DNA from: a virus
Lineage: Duplodnaviria > Heunggongvirae > Uroviricota > Caudoviricetes
Length of the DNA stretch: 64,000 nt
Strand: one strand, 5' to 3'
Virus record (IMG/VR): IMGVR_UViG_2878528002_000001
Location: 34,473 to 98,472 of that record
Position numbers and translations under genes: made by a program. This document shows positions 59,384 through 64,000 of this stretch, one piece after another (within the stretch, counting starts at the first letter, position 1; every line of letters starts with the position of its first letter). The notes below the pieces were generated by a model. It searched no databases. It had not been told where the DNA came from and was given only the letters and a program-made list of their open reading frames with translations.

Positions 59384-61540
59384 GTGATTATAATGGATTG
59401 CAAAGAAAAACAAGAGAAAATTGAATATTATGCAGGAAACAATATGAGACATCTTAAAAAGCTTTGCGATCCTATTATCGCAAAGAAGTCTTTACCGGAA
59501 ATGTATAGAGATGATCTTTATAGTGACGCGCAAAAAGTGTTGATGGAGAGTGTTGAATCATATAGAGATGATTCTGGTGTTGCTTTTAAAGATTATCTCA
59601 AAGGAAATATAAAAAATTCTTTTTGGGAATGGTCGCGTAATTCAATGGCACAAAAACGATGTAATGTCTTGCGTGATAAAAATGGAAAACCGGTAAAAGT
59701 AAAGGACGAAAATGGAAAGTTAAAAAAGATTATTATTCCAGATGTTAGATTAGATGCACCTGTAAATGAAGAAGATTCTCATAGCACAATAGGAGAATTA
59801 ACACCTTCCGGATTTGATATCAATAATGTAATTTCAGAACTTATAAAAGATGAAAATGTAGAATTATTTCTTGAATCATTATCTGATATTCAGAGAAGAC
59901 TTCTTGAACTGAGAATGTCTGGAATGAATACTGAGTCAGTTAAAAGAGAATTACATATTACAGAACATCAATATCAGGATAATATGGCTGCGATTAGAGA
60001 AAATGAAATGATTTCTTTATTCAATAAAAAAAGAAAACGTATAGAGAATAAAATGGAGCACAAGGATATGGAAGAGAAAATAGTTTTTATGGATGATGAT
60101 TGCATAATGGATTTGGATACAACCGATTCATATAGAATGGACAAGTATTCTCTTGAATCTCTGATTACGGATAAACAGGAGGGAGAGTTGGATTGTGCGT
60201 ATGTTTCGCAACGAGTTCCATTTGCATGGACGGAAGAGCAGATCAATAAATACTTTACAAGGGTTCTCAATAATCAGCCTATTACAGAGATGGTTATATG
60301 TGAAATGGTAATTCCTGGTGCTGGTGGAGGAAAAATTTCATATCTCATTGATGGATTGCAGCGATTATCATATGCCGAGGCTTTTAAAGAAAACAGAATT
60401 CCAATTAAAGCAAAAGGGGCTGAATTTACAAAAGTTTATTATAAGAAATTTGAGTACGATGAAAATGGTAACAAAGTTCTCGACGAATACGGAAGAGCAA
60501 AATATTCAATAGAAGTATTTAATCTGATTGGTAAATATTATAAAGATCTTCCGGAATTTTTGCAAAAGCGTTTCGATAAATTCAATGTAAATGTGACTAG
60601 ATATTTTGATTGTACTCCTGAGATGATTGATTATCATTTGCGTAACTATAACAACCATGTTGCTATGAGTAAAAATCAGTATGGCATCACGTGCATTTCA
60701 AATGATGTCGCAACAAAAATTAAGAAATTGTCTCAGAAACATGCGTTTTTTAAAGACAATATCAAATGCACGAATAAGAGTCGAAAAACAGGAGTGCTTG
60801 AAGAAGTAGTAGTCAGATCAATGATGTGTCTATATTTTATGGATGATTGGAAAAAAGATGCCACAGACGCATATAAATTCATTGATGAAAACGCAACAGA
60901 CGAGCAGTTTTCTTATTTACATAAGTTACTTGATGATATGCACGAGGTTTGTGGAGAAGAAGAAAAAGCACTTCTTACAACAACTAATACATATACATGG
61001 GTAAAAGTTTTTGATAATTTTACAAAGCTTGGAATTGAGAATGGCAGATTTATAGAATTTATGAAAGCATTTGGAACGACATTACATAGTAAAGAAATTA
61101 ACGGTCGTTCATATGATGAGGTAAGTACTAGAAATACAAAAGATAAGATAACTGTCAATAACAAAGTAGAAGTAATTACAGATCTTATGCGTGAATACTT
61201 TGGAGAATCTATCATTGTAGACGAATCTATTACTGAAGAAGACCTTTCTGATTTTGAGTTTGTAAAAGAAAATGTTTCTGATGATGTAAATGAGGAAGAT
61301 TTCGAGTTCTACAAAGACATGGTAGATGATTCTGTTAAATGCGATACTCCATTATATGAGAAATGTACTCCGGCATTAATCGCATTAATGGCAATTGCGT
61401 GTCAAGAAGAAAAGGATACTGAATTTGAATCCTGGGCTGGTAAATATGCAAAGGACAATATCACATTCAGTCCGAGTCAGAAAGTCAACTTCATGTATAT
61501 GAAGAATGATTTCGAAAAATACTGTCAGTCGGCAGTGTGA
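59384..61540 (+). CDS. Sigma-70-like domain fused to a DUF262 domain
   Basis: N-terminal region-2-like DDLYSDAQKVLMES..Y.DDSGV.F..YL...IKN and region-4-like LSDIQRRLLELRM; central YVSQRVPFAWT and YLIDGLQRLS. Confidence 0.7.
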   Translation: MIIMDCKEKQEKIEYYAGNNMRHLKKLCDPIIAKKSLPEMYRDDLYSDAQKVLMESVESYRDDSGVAFKDYLKGNIKNSFWEWSRNSMAQKRCNVLRDKNGKPVKVKDENGKLKKIIIPDVRLDAPVNEEDSHSTIGELTPSGFDINNVISELIKDENVELFLESLSDIQRRLLELRMSGMNTESVKRELHITEHQYQDNMAAIRENEMISLFNKKRKRIENKMEHKDMEEKIVFMDDDCIMDLDTTDSYRMDKYSLESLITDKQEGELDCAYVSQRVPFAWTEEQINKYFTRVLNNQPITEMVICEMVIPGAGGGKISYLIDGLQRLSYAEAFKENRIPIKAKGAEFTKVYYKKFEYDENGNKVLDEYGRAKYSIEVFNLIGKYYKDLPEFLQKRFDKFNVNVTRYFDCTPEMIDYHLRNYNNHVAMSKNQYGITCISNDVATKIKKLSQKHAFFKDNIKCTNKSRKTGVLEEVVVRSMMCLYFMDDWKKDATDAYKFIDENATDEQFSYLHKLLDDMHEVCGEEEKALLTTTNTYTWVKVFDNFTKLGIENGRFIEFMKAFGTTLHSKEINGRSYDEVSTRNTKDKITVNNKVEVITDLMREYFGESIIVDESITEEDLSDFEFVKENVSDDVNEEDFEFYKDMVDDSVKCDTPLYEKCTPALIALMAIACQEEKDTEFESWAGKYAKDNITFSPSQKVNFMYMKNDFEKYCQSAV

Positions 61541-61601
61541 AAATTATTAGGGATTTCCCGATTACATAAATAAAAAATATATATTTTTGGAGGAATAACA
61601 A

Positions 61602-62122
61602 ATGGATATTTTTAAAGAACCAGTAAAAGCAACTATGGATTGTAGTGATTTCATCACATTAATGAGTATTTATGGTACGAAGATGCGTAGTTATAATCCA
61701 GATGAGATTATTGATATTAAAGTATTAGATGATAATAACCGTGTAGTTAAAGTAAAATTTGCTGACGGATATGTTGTAAAAAATGTCAGGGATGAAGAAG
61801 ATACATTTGACATCGAGGAATGTTTATATCTCGCTTTGGCTAAAAACTTTATCGAAAAGAGTATACATATGAGGGAATTCTTCACATGGCAGAGGAACTT
61901 AAATACAAAAAGGATGCTGTTTCAATCGTAAAACATGGTGTAAGAGTCTATAAAAAGTACCTTGAGGAAGAGAAATCTAAAAAAGAAGAAGTAGAACGCT
62001 ATGAATGTAGGAAAGAAAAGAAGATTGCTCAGAAACAGCGGAGAAAAGAACGTGCTAGAAGAGAACAGATTGAGATTCAGAAACAGGCATATCTGGAAGC
62101 CATGAAGGAGAACGCATCATGA
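61602..62122 (+). pseudogene. Hypothetical gene with 1-nt deletion in A5 run (61842-61846)
   Basis: Adding one A joins ...LALAK to KLYRKEYTYEGILHMAEELKY..., giving 173 aa. Confidence 0.6.
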
Positions 62123-62463
62123 TCACAGATGATGAAGTAGGTAAATACAAAAAGAAAGCTGACTCGAATATATCAAAATCAAAGGCAAAATCGAAACATA
62201 AACATATATACAAGTCTTGTTTGATTACTGGAAGTTTCGGTAACACAAATTTGCAACATGTATCTATTGCGTCATATTGTACTATTTGTGGAAAAATTGG
62301 CGGGAATATTGATCCGACGCGAGACGTTGTAGAACATGTTTCAGACAAGCATCTTAGAATGCTTAGTAAAGAAAAAATTCTTGAGCAGAATAAAGATCTT
62401 GAAATATTTGATATTGGCAATATGTTTGCTAAATATGTACCGTTAAATAAGGAGGAAAAATAA
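62119..62463 (+). CDS. Hypothetical protein
   Basis: 114 aa; KHKHIY, YCTICGKI. Confidence 0.6.
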   Translation: MITDDEVGKYKKKADSNISKSKAKSKHKHIYKSCLITGSFGNTNLQHVSIASYCTICGKIGGNIDPTRDVVEHVSDKHLRMLSKEKILEQNKDLEIFDIGNMFAKYVPLNKEEK

Positions 62464-62464
62464 T

Positions 62465-62581
62465 ATGGGAATCACATGTAAGCAGTTTGGAAAAGTAAGA
62501 GGAATGATGCAGCGAGTTGAGAATGAGAAGACAAAGAAACACAATGAAGCTGTGAAGAAAAAGGCAAAAGACAAGAAATGA
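62465..62581 (+). CDS. 38-aa basic peptide
   Basis: AAGGAGG RBS; MGITCKQFGKVRG... Confidence 0.5.
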   Translation: MGITCKQFGKVRGMMQRVENEKTKKHNEAVKKKAKDKK

Positions 62582-62789
62582 TGAAACCGTAGTTTCATAG
62601 GGATTTTGATGCTACATATTGTGGTGTCATTAAATTGAATATACAATATATAGTGGTTGTGAATCTATATATTGTGGTTATGGAACAGCTAGGAACTTGT
62701 TTGGCGACAACCTAGCTGCTCCGATTGAAATATAGGATAAGCTATATTGATATTTAGTATATCAAATCTATTTGACTTATTCAAGTCAA

Positions 62790-63017
62790 GTTTATCTCAT
62801 GTATTATAGAATTCCAAAACTATGAGAGGAAGAGAACGGATTGTAGGCTTGTTTTAGAGATATGTAAATTCATAAGATTCCAAAACCAGAAATCCTTGAG
62901 AACGGGGACTCTGTAGTTTTAGAGGTATGTAAATTCATAAGATTCCAAAACTTTCCACCTGTGAAAGAAGAACACTCGATAGTTTTAGAGGTATGTAAAT
63001 TCATAAGATTCCAAAAC
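62790..63017 (+). CRISPR. Mini CRISPR array: 3 intact 36-bp repeats plus 1 degenerate repeat, 3 spacers (30, 29, 30 bp)
   Basis: GTTTTAGAG(G/A)TATGTAAATTCATAAGATTCCAAAAC at 62851-62886, 62916-62951 and 62982-63017; degenerate copy ending ATTCCAAAAC at 62820. Confidence 0.95.
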
Positions 63018-63029
63018 CTCAAATTACAT

Positions 63030-63240
63030 ATCTTATGAATTTATAGAATGTGAACTAAAAATAGACTAAGAGAAATCTACGTTATTACAAGATAATATAC
63101 CATTGTGTAGCTCTAGCAGTGTCAATATCATTCAAATTTAAACATGCGTTACATTCATATCATGCCTGGCGCAAGTGATTTGAATACTCCAAGACTTGTA
63201 ATAACATTGTCGAAGAGCATGACCGATTTTATATCGAGAA
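63030..63240 (+). ncRNA. tracrRNA-like anti-repeat fused to an IscB omegaRNA scaffold
   Basis: ATCTTATGAATTTA (63030-43) is the exact reverse complement of repeat nt 15-28; CTAAAA (63055-60) pairs repeat nt 2-7; then AGACTAAG..CTACGTT; helix 63081-90/63196-205; ACATTGTCGAAGAG motif; GCTCT/AGAGC pseudoknot-type pair. Confidence 0.88.
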
Positions 63241-63263
63241 TAATTTTATATAAGGAAAATAAT

Positions 63264-64000
63264 ATGAAGTACTTAGATTTTGTATTAATGATTGATAAGA
63301 ATAATCACCCTTGTTGTCCTATTAACAATGGAAAAGCAAGATATTTGTTAAAAAATGATAAAGCAAAAATAATTAATCACGAACCAGTAGTTATTCAAAG
63401 AATTGATGATTATAAATCAGAAAATGAAATAAGAGATATTTTTGAGCTAAAAATTGATAGTGGATATCTGAATATTGGATTTTCTGTTAGCGATAATCAG
63501 CATGAATATTTAGCTGGGCAAGTCGAGCTTTTAACTAAAATGAAAGATCGACTCTATACACGAAGTACTTTAAGAAGAGGTAGAAGAAATAGATTAAGAT
63601 ATCGTAAAAATAAAAATATGGATTATAAAATAACAAATAATCCTACATATAAAAACGGAAATGAGGATGGTTGGTTTGCTCCATCTATTGAACATAAAAT
63701 GGAATCCCATATAAGATTAGCGAAAAAGATTATGTCTTGGATTCCGGTAGATAAGATCATATTAGAAGTTGCGAAATTTGACATTCAAAAATTAAAGGCT
63801 GATGCAGAAGGAAAAAATATATCCGGAAAAGATTATCAAAATGGTGAAATGAAAGGATATGAAAATGCTGCCACCTATGTAAGGGCAAGAGATGAATACA
63901 CATGTCAAATCTGTAAGGATAAAAAAGGTAAAAATGCGTTACCTGGAAAAATACAGGTTCATCATATTATTCCACGAGAGAATGGTGGGTCAGATATTCC
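63264..64000 (+). CDS. iscB: IscB RNA-guided endonuclease (truncated by window end)
   Basis: Hand translation: PLMP-like HPCCP..GKARYLLK; RuvC-I LKIDSG; bridge helix RRGRRNRLRYRK; GWFAPS; RuvC-II LEVAKFD; HNH RDEYTCQIC..HHIIPRENGGSD. AAGGA RBS. Confidence 0.93.
   Translation, partial: MKYLDFVLMIDKNNHPCCPINNGKARYLLKNDKAKIINHEPVVIQRIDDYKSENEIRDIFELKIDSGYLNIGFSVSDNQHEYLAGQVELLTKMKDRLYTRSTLRRGRRNRLRYRKNKNMDYKITNNPTYKNGNEDGWFAPSIEHKMESHIRLAKKIMSWIPVDKIILEVAKFDIQKLKADAEGKNISGKDYQNGEMKGYENAATYVRARDEYTCQICKDKKGKNALPGKIQVHHIIPRENGGSDI

Noticed and set aside
843-62646. Numerous 60-196 aa antisense or overlapping track ORFs (e.g. 843..1031, 3026..3445, 7483..8073, 8409..8870, 38704..38907, 38916..39122, 56460..56858, 62443..62646)
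   Set aside because: Shadow frames of real genes or of the structured RNA; no RBS, atypical composition.
62100-64000. Conventional type II CRISPR-Cas9 locus
   Set aside because: No cas9, cas1, cas2 or csn2 in the window; the adjacent nuclease has an N-terminal PLMP-like domain and no REC lobe, so it is IscB.

Overview
This window is an AT-rich segment of a large SPbeta-like temperate phage or prophage. The host is probably a clostridial (Lachnospiraceae-like) Firmicute, which is an inference. No host genes are visible. The left part (1 to ~35.4 kb, almost all minus strand) holds the late and virion module in SPbeta-like order: YonO-type single-subunit RNA polymerase, HU-like proteins, beta-CASP nuclease, ClpP-like protease, YonK- and YonJ-like proteins, terminase, portal, protease, capsid, head-tail proteins, tail tube and the probable start of the tape measure. 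It also has three tRNAs, a tyrosine recombinase, two homing-type endonucleases and a TnpB-only IS200/IS605 element with exactly definable ends. A ~2 kb non-coding strand-switch region follows. The right part (plus strand) carries a ~550 nt highly base-paired ncRNA candidate and about 40 small early genes (ArdA, Lar-like, antirepressor, a DGR-target-like protein) punctuated by a recurrent GAAA-N6-TTTC palindrome. It continues with an integrase/XRE/MazF control region, a fourth tRNA and a sigma-DUF262 fusion. The most notable feature is at the right edge and is missing from the ORF track. It is a phage-borne CRISPR-associated IscB locus: a mini-array with type II-like 36-bp repeats, then a tracrRNA-like anti-repeat fused to an IscB omegaRNA scaffold, then iscB (truncated by the window end). 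No cas1, cas2 or cas9 is present in the window.
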